A stretch of DNA of 64,000 bases from an uncultured Planctomycetaceae bacterium (GTDB lineage: Bacteria > Planctomycetota > Planctomycetia > Isosphaerales > Isosphaeraceae), in assembly GCA_963833985.1 (NCBI GenBank), contig CAWIAD010000002.1, positions 6,400,001 through 6,464,000 on the forward strand, in the 5' to 3' direction. Of the stretch, positions 1-8,358 are shown one piece after another (within the stretch, counting starts at the first letter, position 1; the number at the start of each line of letters is the position of its first letter). The notes under the pieces are model-generated. The model was not told where the DNA came from. It did not search any database and was given only the letters and a program-made list of their open reading frames with translations. The translations under genes were made by a program, and so were the position numbers.

Positions 1-114
1 CATGCATTGGGGTATGGCCCAACCTGCCCCCAGGAACTTGCGGCTGATTGTTACCGCATGTATGCTCGGCCCTCCGAAACACCCTTGACTTCACGTTATT
101 GGGGGCAAACGCTG

Positions 115-516
115 ATGGACATCAATCGACGCAGGTTACTGGCGAGTGGAACGACCTTGGCGGGCTTCTCGGCGCTGCATGGCGTGGCAGAGGTGCAGGG
201 TGGAGAAACGGCCAACGTTCCGACCGAGGCAGTAGTTCTCACGGCCATGGTGAAGGCCAGGACGGGGCAGGAAGAAGCGGTGAAGGAAGCCCTGCTCTCC
301 CTGGTCGAGCCGACTCGGAAGGAACCTGGCTGCCTCTGCTACAACCTTCACCAGTCGAAGTCCGACCCGACTCAATTCATGTTCTATGAACAATGGGCCA
401 GCAAGGAGGATCTGGCTGCCCACGGTAAAACTCCCCACATGAAGGCCCTGGGTGGGAAGCTCAAGGACAGAACAGAAAAAGGAGGCGGGGTGGTCTTGTA
501 CGAGTTGCTGAAGTAA
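115..516 (+). CDS. Putative quinol monooxygenase (ABM family) with a Tat-like signal peptide
   Basis: 'EPTRKEPGCLCYNLHQS...FMFYEQW...AAHGKTPHM' fits the ABM family; N-terminus MDINRRRLL followed by a hydrophobic stretch; ATG at 115. Confidence 0.85.
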   Translation: MDINRRRLLASGTTLAGFSALHGVAEVQGGETANVPTEAVVLTAMVKARTGQEEAVKEALLSLVEPTRKEPGCLCYNLHQSKSDPTQFMFYEQWASKEDLAAHGKTPHMKALGGKLKDRTEKGGGVVLYELLK

Positions 517-520
517 GGGG

Positions 521-647
521 CAGAGAATACAGGACAGCAGCCGGATAGACGCGGGAGAGAAACCGGGACGTCTTTGGTATTGAAGCGGCAGATCGAAAAC
601 GAGAGAGAAACCGGGACATCCTCAATATTGCAGTGGCGGGGGGTGTC
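521..647 (+). repeat. Left-end repeat cluster of the Y1 transposase element
   Basis: GAGAGAAACCGGGAC at 555-569 and 603-617, a degenerate copy near 521-535, and a hairpin GACATCCTC...GGGGGTGTC at 615-647. Confidence 0.8.
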
Positions 648-662
648 GGCGATACTGGTTCC

Positions 663-1340
663 ATGCCACGAACAGCACGATCGATCGAGGCGGGGATGGT
701 TTATCACGTTCTCAACCGGGGGAACGGGCGGTTGCGGCTGTTTCACAAGGATGAGGACTATGAAGCCTTCGAACGCGTGCTCAGCGATGGGTTGCAGAGG
801 TACCCGGTCGACCTGCTGACGTATTGCCTCATGCCCGATCACTGGCACCTGGTCGTCAGGCCGAGAGCCGACGCGGCACTGGGGAGGTTCATGGGGTGGG
901 TGGGCGTGACCCATGTCCGCCGACACCAGGAGCGCTATCACCGTCGGGGATCCGGACACCTCTACCAGGGCCGCTACAAGAGCTTTCCCGTCGCCGAGGA
1001 TGCTTACTTCCTGACCCTTTGCCGCTATGTCGAGGCCAACGCGGTGCGGGCCGGATTGGTGGCGCACGCCGAAGAGTGGCGCTGGGGGGCGTACTGGCGG
1101 CGGGCGCATCGCCGCACCGACCTTCCTCTGGGTCGCTGGCCTCTGGAGCGTCCCCGGAACTGGAGGACCCTGGTCAACGGCCGCCTCTCCCCTGAAGAGC
1201 TGAGCCAGGTCCGCAAGTCTGTTACGCGCGGCCGCCCGCTCGGGACAGAAGAGTGGATTCTGTCGACAGCGGCTCGATTGAAGCTGGAATTCACCCTCCG
1301 CAGCCCGGGCCGCCCACGTGCGAATCCCGAGAATCTGTGA
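663..1340 (+). CDS. REP-associated-type tyrosine (HUH/Y1) transposase, RAYT-like
   Basis: MPRTAR...YHVLNRGN, YCLMPDHWHLVV (HUH motif), GHLYQGRYKSF, catalytic RYVEANAVRAGL, WRWG, C-terminal PGRP. Confidence 0.92.
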   Translation: MPRTARSIEAGMVYHVLNRGNGRLRLFHKDEDYEAFERVLSDGLQRYPVDLLTYCLMPDHWHLVVRPRADAALGRFMGWVGVTHVRRHQERYHRRGSGHLYQGRYKSFPVAEDAYFLTLCRYVEANAVRAGLVAHAEEWRWGAYWRRAHRRTDLPLGRWPLERPRNWRTLVNGRLSPEELSQVRKSVTRGRPLGTEEWILSTAARLKLEFTLRSPGRPRANPENL

Positions 1341-1375
1341 TGTCCCGTTTTGTACGCCGTCCCGTTTTGCACGCC
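1339..1375. repeat. Right-end repeats of the Y1 element
   Basis: GATGTCCCGTTTT (1339-1351) is a near-perfect reverse complement of AAACCGGGACATC (608-620); tandem GTCCCGTTTTG(T/C)ACGCC at 1342-1358 and 1359-1375. Confidence 0.8.
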
Positions 1376-1414
1376 GGGTGCGATCGCGGGATTTGGCCTC
1401 TGATGAGAAGGATT

Positions 1415-1709
1415 CCAGGGATGATTACGCGGGTCGTCTACGGCCAGCCCTTCGGCGGTGGCGTCGTCGTCGGGGGCGTGGTCGGCCGAGATCAGCGTCA
1501 CCAGGGCGAAACCGGCGTCCTGCTCTTTCCAGTCGATTTCGAGGGTGGCCGCGAGCTGCACGGCGTCATAGGTGCGGAGCGCATGCGCATTGGCCAGCCG
1601 CATGGCGTCGTCGAACAGGGCTGGTGGAATTTCGAGAACCGCGTAACGGCCGGTCAGATGCTGGCGGGTGCGATAGAGGATCGACGACGCCTTGGCGGGG
1701 GAGAGATAA
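1415..1709 (-). pseudogene. 5'-truncated VapC/PIN toxin fragment
   Basis: 'FDDAMRLANAHALRTYDAVQLAATL...LISAD...AEGLAVDDPRNHP' is the C-terminal half of a PIN domain; the N-terminal catalytic Asp region is replaced by the repeat cluster at 1701. Confidence 0.75.
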
Positions 1710-1792
1710 TGGGACAGGAGAGGAGAGTTAACGGGACATCTATGGAGGAGAATTAACGGGACACCTTCGATATTGAAGCGGCGAGGGGTGTC
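1701..1792 (+). repeat. Second left-end cluster (three GAGAn6GGGAC copies plus a hairpin)
   Basis: Copies at 1701-1715, 1723-1737 and 1748-1762; 1748-1792 matches 603-647 at 35/45 positions, ungapped. Confidence 0.8.
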
Positions 1793-1871
1793 ACTGCAAC
1801 CGACACCGAAAATGCATGTGCAAGAGCCAACGAACCTCTTGCTTCCGTAATCCAGCGCATGCGACCGTATA

Positions 1872-1886
1872 GCTAGACAGTCTAGC
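1872..1886. promoter_or_regulatory. Probable antitoxin operator palindrome
   Basis: GCTAGAC-A-GTCTAGC, a perfect 7-1-7 palindrome just upstream of the antitoxin RBS (GGAG) and ATG. Confidence 0.6.
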
Positions 1887-1904
1887 CAATCTGGAGAACC
1901 TCTC

Positions 1905-2144
1905 ATGGACTGGAATCTTGCGGATGCCAAGAATCGATTCAGTGAGGTCGTGAACCTCGCGCTCACTGAAGGGCCACAGCGGGTTCGTCGCCGAAAGGAC
2001 ACGGTTGTTGTCGTGTCCGCCGCAGAATACGAGAGGCTCACCGGAGAACGTCCGGCCTTCAGAGACTACCTCGCCCAGGGGGAATCCTTCGAGGGTCTCG
2101 ACCTGGCTCGTGACCAGAGCCCCGGTCGGGACGTGGCCCTGTGA
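1905..2144 (+). CDS. Phd/YefM family antitoxin
   Basis: 'WNLADAKNRFSEVVNLALTEGPQRVRRR...VVVSAAEY'; GTGA overlap with the toxin gene. Confidence 0.92.
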   Translation: MDWNLADAKNRFSEVVNLALTEGPQRVRRRKDTVVVVSAAEYERLTGERPAFRDYLAQGESFEGLDLARDQSPGRDVAL

Positions 2145-2563
2145 AGGTCCTGCTCGATACCTGCGTCCTGGCGGAGCTACGCGGTCCCGAGGGACATCCC
2201 GCCGTCAAGGCCGCAGTCGCGGAGCTCGCTGACGGAGATCTCTTCTTTAGCGTCCTGACCATCGGTGAGATCGCCAAGTGCGTTGCGCTTCTCGCCGCCG
2301 GCCGAAAGAAGAAGGCCCTCGCATCCTGGCTCAACGGTCTTGAGGTCAAGTACGCGGACCGGCTCCTCGCCATCGACGCCGAAACGGCCCGGATCTGGGG
2401 CGAGTTCACGGCTCGTTCACAGCAGGCCGGGCAAATTGTGCCCGCCGTGGATGGGCTGCTCGCGGCAACCGGAATCCGTCACGGTCTGCACGTGATGACC
2501 CGCAACACTCGCCACTTTGAAGCGAGCGGGGCGCTTGTTCTGGATCCCTGGCAGGATTCATGA
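2141..2563 (+). CDS. vapC: VapC/PIN domain toxin
   Basis: LLDTCVLAE, SVLTIGEI, DGLLAATG, MTRNTRHF. Confidence 0.92.
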   Translation: MKVLLDTCVLAELRGPEGHPAVKAAVAELADGDLFFSVLTIGEIAKCVALLAAGRKKKALASWLNGLEVKYADRLLAIDAETARIWGEFTARSQQAGQIVPAVDGLLAATGIRHGLHVMTRNTRHFEASGALVLDPWQDS

Positions 2564-2768
2564 GCAAGCACAGAACGACGAGTCACCGAGGCGACCAGGC
2601 TGAAACTCTGAGAGAACTCTCTGAAAATCTCCACGGTACTCGATCACATTGACAGTAGTCATATCGCGTTGCTTGAGTTTCCGCGTGGCTCCGTCTGGAA
2701 TCGCGACCAGGTTCGCGGACTGTTTGACTCCCTCGTTCGGCGACACCCAGTCGGGTCGGCGGCCTGCT

Positions 2769-2857
2769 CGCGGCCCCGGACGCCTTCGTACGAACCCCGA
2801 AAGCGAGTCATGTCCCGTATTGGACCCGTATTGGGCCCCCGTCCAGTTTTGGACCCC
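2769..2857. repeat. Second right end: remnant of the transposase 3' end plus GTCCCG repeats
   Basis: 2769-2822 matches 1299-1352 at 40/54 positions, ungapped, followed by decayed CCCGTATTGG repeats. Confidence 0.75.
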
Positions 2858-2943
2858 TTCGGTATGATGAATTCCGATGTACACTCAAGAGTCTGCGCCA
2901 GATCCGTATTTGCTTCGTCGAACTCCATGCGGGGGGAGCGTTC

Positions 2944-3531
2944 ATGAGATACGACTTCATCGCCATCCCGGACGAGGAGATCCCCCAGGCACGAGAACCA
3001 CTCTTCCAGCACCTCGTCGTCACCTATGCCAGCGAGACCAACAAGACCGCCAGCATGTGGCGGGCGATACCCGGCGATCTGCTGGACTTCAAGCCCCACG
3101 AGAAGGTGAACACCATCCGTGCCATACTGATCCACCAGATCCTTTCCGAGCGACGGTTTTTCGCCCAGTTCGTCGGCATCCAGGAGCCACCTGTCGAAGA
3201 GCTGCTTCCTCCAGGCGATCATCCGATGGTAGGAGAATACCTGGACCAGTACGTCCTGTGTGCAAAGAGACGATTACCTCAGCTTACCGAGGCGACCGCT
3301 GAATGGTGGCTGACGGAGATGCCGTTCTTTGGTGGGCGGAGCAGGCAGCGAATCTGGACGTTCTGGCGGCGTGTGCTTCATACTTGCCACCATCGGACTC
3401 AGATCCAGACCTGGCTGCGCCTGGCGGGTCAACATGTCCCCGCGATCTACGGACCATCCGGGGATGTGCAATGGGACGACGCTGATCCGACCTATTCCCT
3501 GGAGGCGGCGAGGCGGGGCGGGTCAGGTTAA
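2944..3531 (+). CDS. DinB family protein
   Basis: 'LLDFKPHEK...ILIHQILSE' and 'RVLHTCHHRTQIQTWLRLAG..VPAIYGPS' give the DinB His triad. Confidence 0.85.
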   Translation: MRYDFIAIPDEEIPQAREPLFQHLVVTYASETNKTASMWRAIPGDLLDFKPHEKVNTIRAILIHQILSERRFFAQFVGIQEPPVEELLPPGDHPMVGEYLDQYVLCAKRRLPQLTEATAEWWLTEMPFFGGRSRQRIWTFWRRVLHTCHHRTQIQTWLRLAGQHVPAIYGPSGDVQWDDADPTYSLEAARRGGSG

Positions 3532-3628
3532 AAGGGCGGGCTCGGTCTCGTGGGGAATCTTGTAGTCATTTTGATTGATGACACAGGCTATCCAGCCTTA
3601 TCATGAAGCGTAGTACCAGAGGGCTGTC

Positions 3629-3823
3629 ATGCGTCTCTTTCCGAGGTTGGCACTGACACTCGTCCTCATCGCTTTCACGGCGTTCTGCGGGTTCGGGTTC
3701 CTTGCCAGCTTCGAGTCGCCTGGCTTTCTCGTGTTTCGGTGGCTCTACGGGGCTGTTGCCATCGCATGCGTCGTTGCCATCGTGGTAGTGTGGCTCAAAA
3801 CATACGCTCACAAGATGAACTGA
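3629..3823 (+). CDS. Small two-TM membrane protein
   Basis: 64 aa, two hydrophobic helices, GAGG upstream. Confidence 0.6.
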   Translation: MRLFPRLALTLVLIAFTAFCGFGFLASFESPGFLVFRWLYGAVAIACVVAIVVVWLKTYAHKMN

Positions 3824-3918
3824 CCAGTAGTTTCCGCGAAAAACCGCACAATCACGGCTTGATGCCTGCCACCCCGGTTGCTCCGGCGGCCCCACCTCGC
3901 CACCAGGCTTTTCTCGCG

Positions 3919-4030
3919 GAGAGAAAACGGGACATCTTCGGGACTCGTACGAAACCCTAAATTCAGTGACGTCCCGTCTTGGAACTCAAATTCAGTGACT
4001 TCCTATTTTGGAGCCGCTGTCCCGTTTGGG
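3919..4030. mobile_element. Empty left-end plus right-end (MITE-like) derivative of the Y1 element
   Basis: GAGAGAAAACGGGACATC (3919-3936) is followed by 3946-3981, which matches the right end 2787-2822 at 28/36 positions, then by decayed tandem copies. Confidence 0.7.
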
Positions 4031-4102
4031 AGCCCGTTTCGGCTTCATCGTCATTCAGTCCGCCCTGCTCCGTGGAATCACACGCGTACGGCGCGGCAGC
4101 AA

Positions 4103-5392
4103 TCAGCGCGGGGGACTTTCCGCCGGATCGGCTTTCTTCCAGGCCCGCACGTATTCGACGCTGAAGGTGGAGGGGAGGTCGGAATCCTCGGGCATGCCGA
4201 ACCAGTCTGGCATGGTCTCGCTGTCGAAGATCAGGAAGAGCGGCTGGTGCCAGTGGGTGTTCTCGACGCGCCGCACGGCAACACCGTCCACGTAGTACGT
4301 GATCTCGTCACTGCTCCAGTCCAGCCCGTAGACATGGAAATCCGCGGCCAGGCGCCAGGGGGCCACCCAGACCCCGCCTTCCTGCCAGTGCTTCCGCTCC
4401 GTCGGGGTGCGGAAGACGTGCAGCGTCATGTTGTCCTTGAAGTCGAATCCCCGGGCCTTGCCGCCGATCTCGAACACGTCGATCTCGGTCTGCCAGCCTG
4501 GCACCTCTTCCTGCTGGAACCAGAAGGAGCTCAAGCCGCCGGAGTCCATCGGCCTCGCCTTCACCTCGTAATAGCCGTAGCTGGACCGGGCCTTCGTATG
4601 CAGTGCAGCGCTGGTGTAATCTCGGTAGCCAAGCCTTTGAAACTCCTTCGGCACGGGCTCTTTCCGCATCGTCAGGTGCAGCTTGCCGTCCGAGACCGTC
4701 ACGTTTCCGTCCGAGAAGAGTGCCGGCTGCCGGCCCTTCCACCAGGACATTCCCATTGTCCATTTCGATGGATCGAGCGCATTGCCTTCGAACTCGTCGC
4801 TCATCGGCTCGAATCTCGTCCAGCCGCCCCTGTTCTGCTGGTCGGAGAACGGGTAAGCATGGGTCGCGTGCCTGGGTGTCTCGCCCAGTGGTCCTACCCT
4901 CGTCCAGACTTTCCCGGGGCGGCGCTCCACCGCGCTGAATGACGCCTTGCCGATCTCTCTGCCATTCTCGATGAAGCGGACTGTCCGGTACGGTCCACTG
5001 GGAACGGATACGATGAGCGGTGAGGCGAACGTGGCGCCGCCGCCGTCGCGCGGTGTCGCCTGGTACTGCACGGAGAGCGTTCCCTCGTCAGCGGTCACGC
5101 CCTCGACCCGGTACTCCCACACCCGATCGCCGCGTTTGATGAGGCCGGCGACCATCCGGCTGTCAAACGCGTTCGCCGGCAGCACGTTCGGTTTCTTGCC
5201 CTGTGTGAATGCGACTCCGAACGTCCTGTCAAACACCGCCCGGTCCCTGATGGCAAGGCAGCTCGATGCACCCTTCAGGCCGGAGTCATTCCTCTCGAAG
5301 TATCCGCTGTGGACGGTATATGGAACCGGCTGGCCCGGGGCCATCAGCAGCGATGCAGCCAGGCAAAGGCTCAAGACGGTGAGCTGGGGCAT
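4103..5392 (-). CDS. Secreted GH16 glycoside hydrolase with an extra N-terminal domain
   Basis: Signal peptide; SDEFEG, YGYYEVKAR, SSFWF, catalytic EIDVFE, FHVYGLDW, VEYVRAW. Confidence 0.9.
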   Translation of the reverse strand: MPQLTVLSLCLAASLLMAPGQPVPYTVHSGYFERNDSGLKGASSCLAIRDRAVFDRTFGVAFTQGKKPNVLPANAFDSRMVAGLIKRGDRVWEYRVEGVTADEGTLSVQYQATPRDGGGATFASPLIVSVPSGPYRTVRFIENGREIGKASFSAVERRPGKVWTRVGPLGETPRHATHAYPFSDQQNRGGWTRFEPMSDEFEGNALDPSKWTMGMSWWKGRQPALFSDGNVTVSDGKLHLTMRKEPVPKEFQRLGYRDYTSAALHTKARSSYGYYEVKARPMDSGGLSSFWFQQEEVPGWQTEIDVFEIGGKARGFDFKDNMTLHVFRTPTERKHWQEGGVWVAPWRLAADFHVYGLDWSSDEITYYVDGVAVRRVENTHWHQPLFLIFDSETMPDWFGMPEDSDLPSTFSVEYVRAWKKADPAESPPR

Positions 5393-5637
5393 GTTCGTCT
5401 CCTCCCGGTTGTTCGACCGGCCATCGAGGAAGGAATGTTCGGCGGCCCGGCTTCGGCCTGAGGGCTCGTCGGCTCTGGCCTGAGGGCTCGCCGGCATCGG
5501 CATCGGCATCGGCGGCAGCGGGCATCGCCGTCACCATTCTTGATTCTGCCTGTTCCGGTCGGCCGGGTCAAAGGAGGGGTCGCCTGGCGCGGGGCGGACC
5601 GCGGGTGCCTGCGCGGCACCCAGCGCGTCCGGGACGA

Positions 5638-6461
5638 TCAGTCCTGGCGCGGGTGCAAGAGCCGGAGGCTGAGTGGCATCTCCAGTCCGTGGGTTTCCAT
5701 CAGGCCTGAATCGCCAAGGATCGTGCGGCTGGGGCCGTCGGCGACCATGCGGCCGCGGTCGAGCAGGACGGCGCGGGGGCAGATTTCCAGGACCAGTTCG
5801 AGGTCGTGCGTGGCGATCAGCTTGGTCGCGGTCAGGCCGCTGATCAGCTCGATGAACCTGCGCCGGCCGCGCGGGTCAAGGTTCGCCGTGGGCTCGTCGA
5901 GCACCAGGATCGCCGGCCGGCAGGCCAGCACGCCTGCCAGGCAAACGCGCTTCCGCTCGCCGAAGCTGAGGTGGTGGGGCGGGCGTTCGGCGGCCTCGAG
6001 CAGGTTCACGCGCGCCAGGCACTCGCGGGCAAGCGCCGCGCCTCGTTTTGGCTGAGGCCCTGGTTCAGTGGGCCGAAGGCGACGTCCTCGAGCACGGTGG
6101 TGCAGAAGAGCTGGTCGTCGGGATCCTGGAAAAGCAGGCCGACCTTGCGGCGGACCTCGGCCGCCGTGCGCTGGTTCACCGCAACGCCGTCCACCCAGAC
6201 ATGGGGAGTGGCGCGGCCGTTGCCGCCGCCGAGCCGCAGTCCGTGCTGATGGCCAAGCTCCGGCCGTCCCTTGCCGGGAAGCAGACCGTTGAGGTGCAAG
6301 AGCAGCGTGCTCTTGCCCGCACCGTTGGGGCCCACCAGCGCCACGCACTCGCCCTGCGCGAGCTCGAGGTCCACTCCCCGGAGCGCCGGGCTGCCGTCGG
6401 GATAGGAATACTCCAGCCCGCACAGGCGAAGGGCAGGTGCAGCGGTGATCTCAGTGGTCAT
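5638..6461 (-). CDS. cbiO: ECF transporter ATPase NikO/CbiO (frameshift near 6040)
   Basis: GPNGAGKST and FQDPDDQLF in one frame; LSFGERKRVCLA and LDEPT in the next. Confidence 0.9.
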
Positions 6462-6554
6462 GAGACTTGAACACGGTTACGAGGTTTATTACGTGAAGGC
6501 AGACCATCGAGGTCCAGGTCTTGCGACGGCGTCCGGGGACGGCCCTCGGGGCGT

Positions 6555-7214
6555 TCAATCCAGGTGATGGAATTCCCCATCCCATCCACGGGCAAGCATG
6601 GCCAGGTGCACGCGCTCGGCCCGGTCGACCGAGCGCAGGAACAGCGAACCGATCATGCCCGTGAGCGGCCTCCAGGAGCGGACCGCGCGTGCCGTGGCGA
6701 ACGTCCGTGCGCGGCGGGCCTGTGTCATCCGCGCCAGCTCATCGCCCAGGACGTGGATGTACCGCTCCATGAAAAGGAGCGTGGCCACCAGTGCCCGGGG
6801 GACGCCCAGCCTGGCCATGGCGCGGAGCAGCCGCGGCCACGAGCAGGCGGCCGCCAGCACCAGCATCATGAGCAGGGCCAGACTGTTTTTGGCCACAATG
6901 GAGAGGACGACCGTCAGCAATCCGTGGCTCGTCCGCGCGGGCAGGCCAGGCGCCACCAGTGCGGCAAGGAAGGCGATGAGGATCCCGAATCCCGACCAGC
7001 GGAGCAGAAGCGACCGCACCGAGACGCCGGAGATCCCAGCCACCAGAGCCAGCACCAGGCCCAGCCCGCCCAGGACCCGCCACTGGCCAATCGGCGTGGC
7101 CACCACGGCGATGACATACACCAGGGCGAGGAGCAGACCGTAGCGCGCGTCGAGCTGTTGCAGGCGGCCCGGCGGGCGGGGCCGGAGGCCAGTCTCTTCC
7201 GCGTCAGGCGGCAT
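6555..7214 (-). CDS. cbiQ: ECF transporter T component NikQ/CbiQ
   Basis: 'ERYIHVLGDE..RMTQARRAR' and 'AERVHLAMLARGWDG'. Confidence 0.9.
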   Translation of the reverse strand: MPPDAEETGLRPRPPGRLQQLDARYGLLLALVYVIAVVATPIGQWRVLGGLGLVLALVAGISGVSVRSLLLRWSGFGILIAFLAALVAPGLPARTSHGLLTVVLSIVAKNSLALLMMLVLAAACSWPRLLRAMARLGVPRALVATLLFMERYIHVLGDELARMTQARRARTFATARAVRSWRPLTGMIGSLFLRSVDRAERVHLAMLARGWDGEFHHLD

Positions 7215-8214
7215 CCGCGGCAACCCTTTCCGTTCGCTTCTCCGGGCCGGCGAAGATGCGCGCGAGCGCCCAGGAGAGCGCAAAGACAATCAGGGTGCCA
7301 ATCAGGCCGGCGGCCGCTGTCGCCATCTTCACATGCTCCATCCTGGGCAGCGGGAGCTGGTAATCCGGCATGGGCACGGGCAAGGGCAAAGGCGAGGGGG
7401 CGGGCTCGGCGGCAAGCAGTCCCAGCTTCGCGCCCACGAACTCGAGGCCGTCGGGGAAGTCGGACGCCAGCGGAGAGAGGAACACGGCCACGGCCAGCGC
7501 GACCCCCAGTCCGCCGAGGATCGTGGCCGCCCAGCGCCGGGGTGGACGGCCTGCCGGCACGCCGGCTTCCAGACCCGCGGGGCTCTCACCGGTGATCAGC
7601 TCGGGCCGCGTCAGGAGGATGAACCGGACGACCAGGCCCGTGATGAATGCCTCGCCCAGGCCGATGGCCGCATGCACGAGCGTCATCCAGGTGAGGATCC
7701 GGAAGAAGTTTTGCCGGTCTCCCGTGGCCGCCAGTTCGACGGCGCAGGCACCCGATGCCACCAGCACCGTGAACCAGGCGGCGATCATGGCACCGATGAG
7801 GATCCCCCGCTGGCCGCCAATGGCCCTGCGGATGGGCGCGTAGATGGAATAGCCCAGGACCGAGCCGATCAGCCCCATGTTCACGAAGTTGGCACCCAGC
7901 GCCGTGAGCCCGCCATCACCAAACAGGAAGCACTGCACGATGAGCACGGCGGCAATGACCACGGCCCCGGCCCACGGTCCCAGCACCGCCGCGGCCAGCA
8001 CGCCGCCCAGCAGATGCCCCGCCACTCCCGGTCCCACGGGGAAGGTCACCATCTGGGCCGCGAAGATGAAGGCGGACATCATGCCCATGAGGGACGTGGT
8101 CCGCTCGCCGAGCTGGCGCTCCACGGACCGCAGGCCGTACGCCAGGCCGGCGGCACCCACGACCCCCGTGGCCGCGGCCACCCGGGGATCGAGAATCGCG
8201 TCCGGAATGTGCAT
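7204..8214 (-). CDS. cbiM: Nickel/cobalt ECF S component NikM/CbiM fused to a PDGLE (NikN) domain
   Basis: MHIPD N-terminus, AFIFAAQM, GHLLGG, FGDGGLTALGAN, C-terminal PDGLE motif. Confidence 0.92.
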   Translation of the reverse strand: MHIPDAILDPRVAAATGVVGAAGLAYGLRSVERQLGERTTSLMGMMSAFIFAAQMVTFPVGPGVAGHLLGGVLAAAVLGPWAGAVVIAAVLIVQCFLFGDGGLTALGANFVNMGLIGSVLGYSIYAPIRRAIGGQRGILIGAMIAAWFTVLVASGACAVELAATGDRQNFFRILTWMTLVHAAIGLGEAFITGLVVRFILLTRPELITGESPAGLEAGVPAGRPPRRWAATILGGLGVALAVAVFLSPLASDFPDGLEFVGAKLGLLAAEPAPSPLPLPVPMPDYQLPLPRMEHVKMATAAAGLIGTLIVFALSWALARIFAGPEKRTERVAADAA

Positions 8215-8274
8215 GAGTCGAACCTCGAACCGTCGGTCGTTGCGCGCTCAGCCGGGGATGCCACAACCCCTGCC

Positions 8275-8314
8275 ATGATACGTGCCGTATGCCGTTTCGT
8301 CAAAAACTTCATAC
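8275..8314 (-). promoter_or_regulatory. Sigma70 promoter overlapped by a NikR-type operator
   Basis: Minus strand TTGACG (8303-8298), 17 bp, TATCAT (8280-8275); GTATGC-N16-TCATAC at 8287-8314 versus the E. coli NikR consensus GTATGA-N16-TCATAC. Confidence 0.8.
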
Positions 8315-8358
8315 CGAGAAGAACGGCGAGCTGCGCTGGCTGACCGCCGCTGGTGCGC

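Noticed and set aside
521..4030. GGGAC repeats as a CRISPR array or integron attC sites
   Set aside because: Spacing is irregular, orientation is mixed, there are no cas or intI genes in the window and no RYYYAAC/GTTRRRY boxes were recognised.
5490..5530. (GGCATC)n microsatellite
   Set aside because: Short and intergenic, with no evident phase-variation target.
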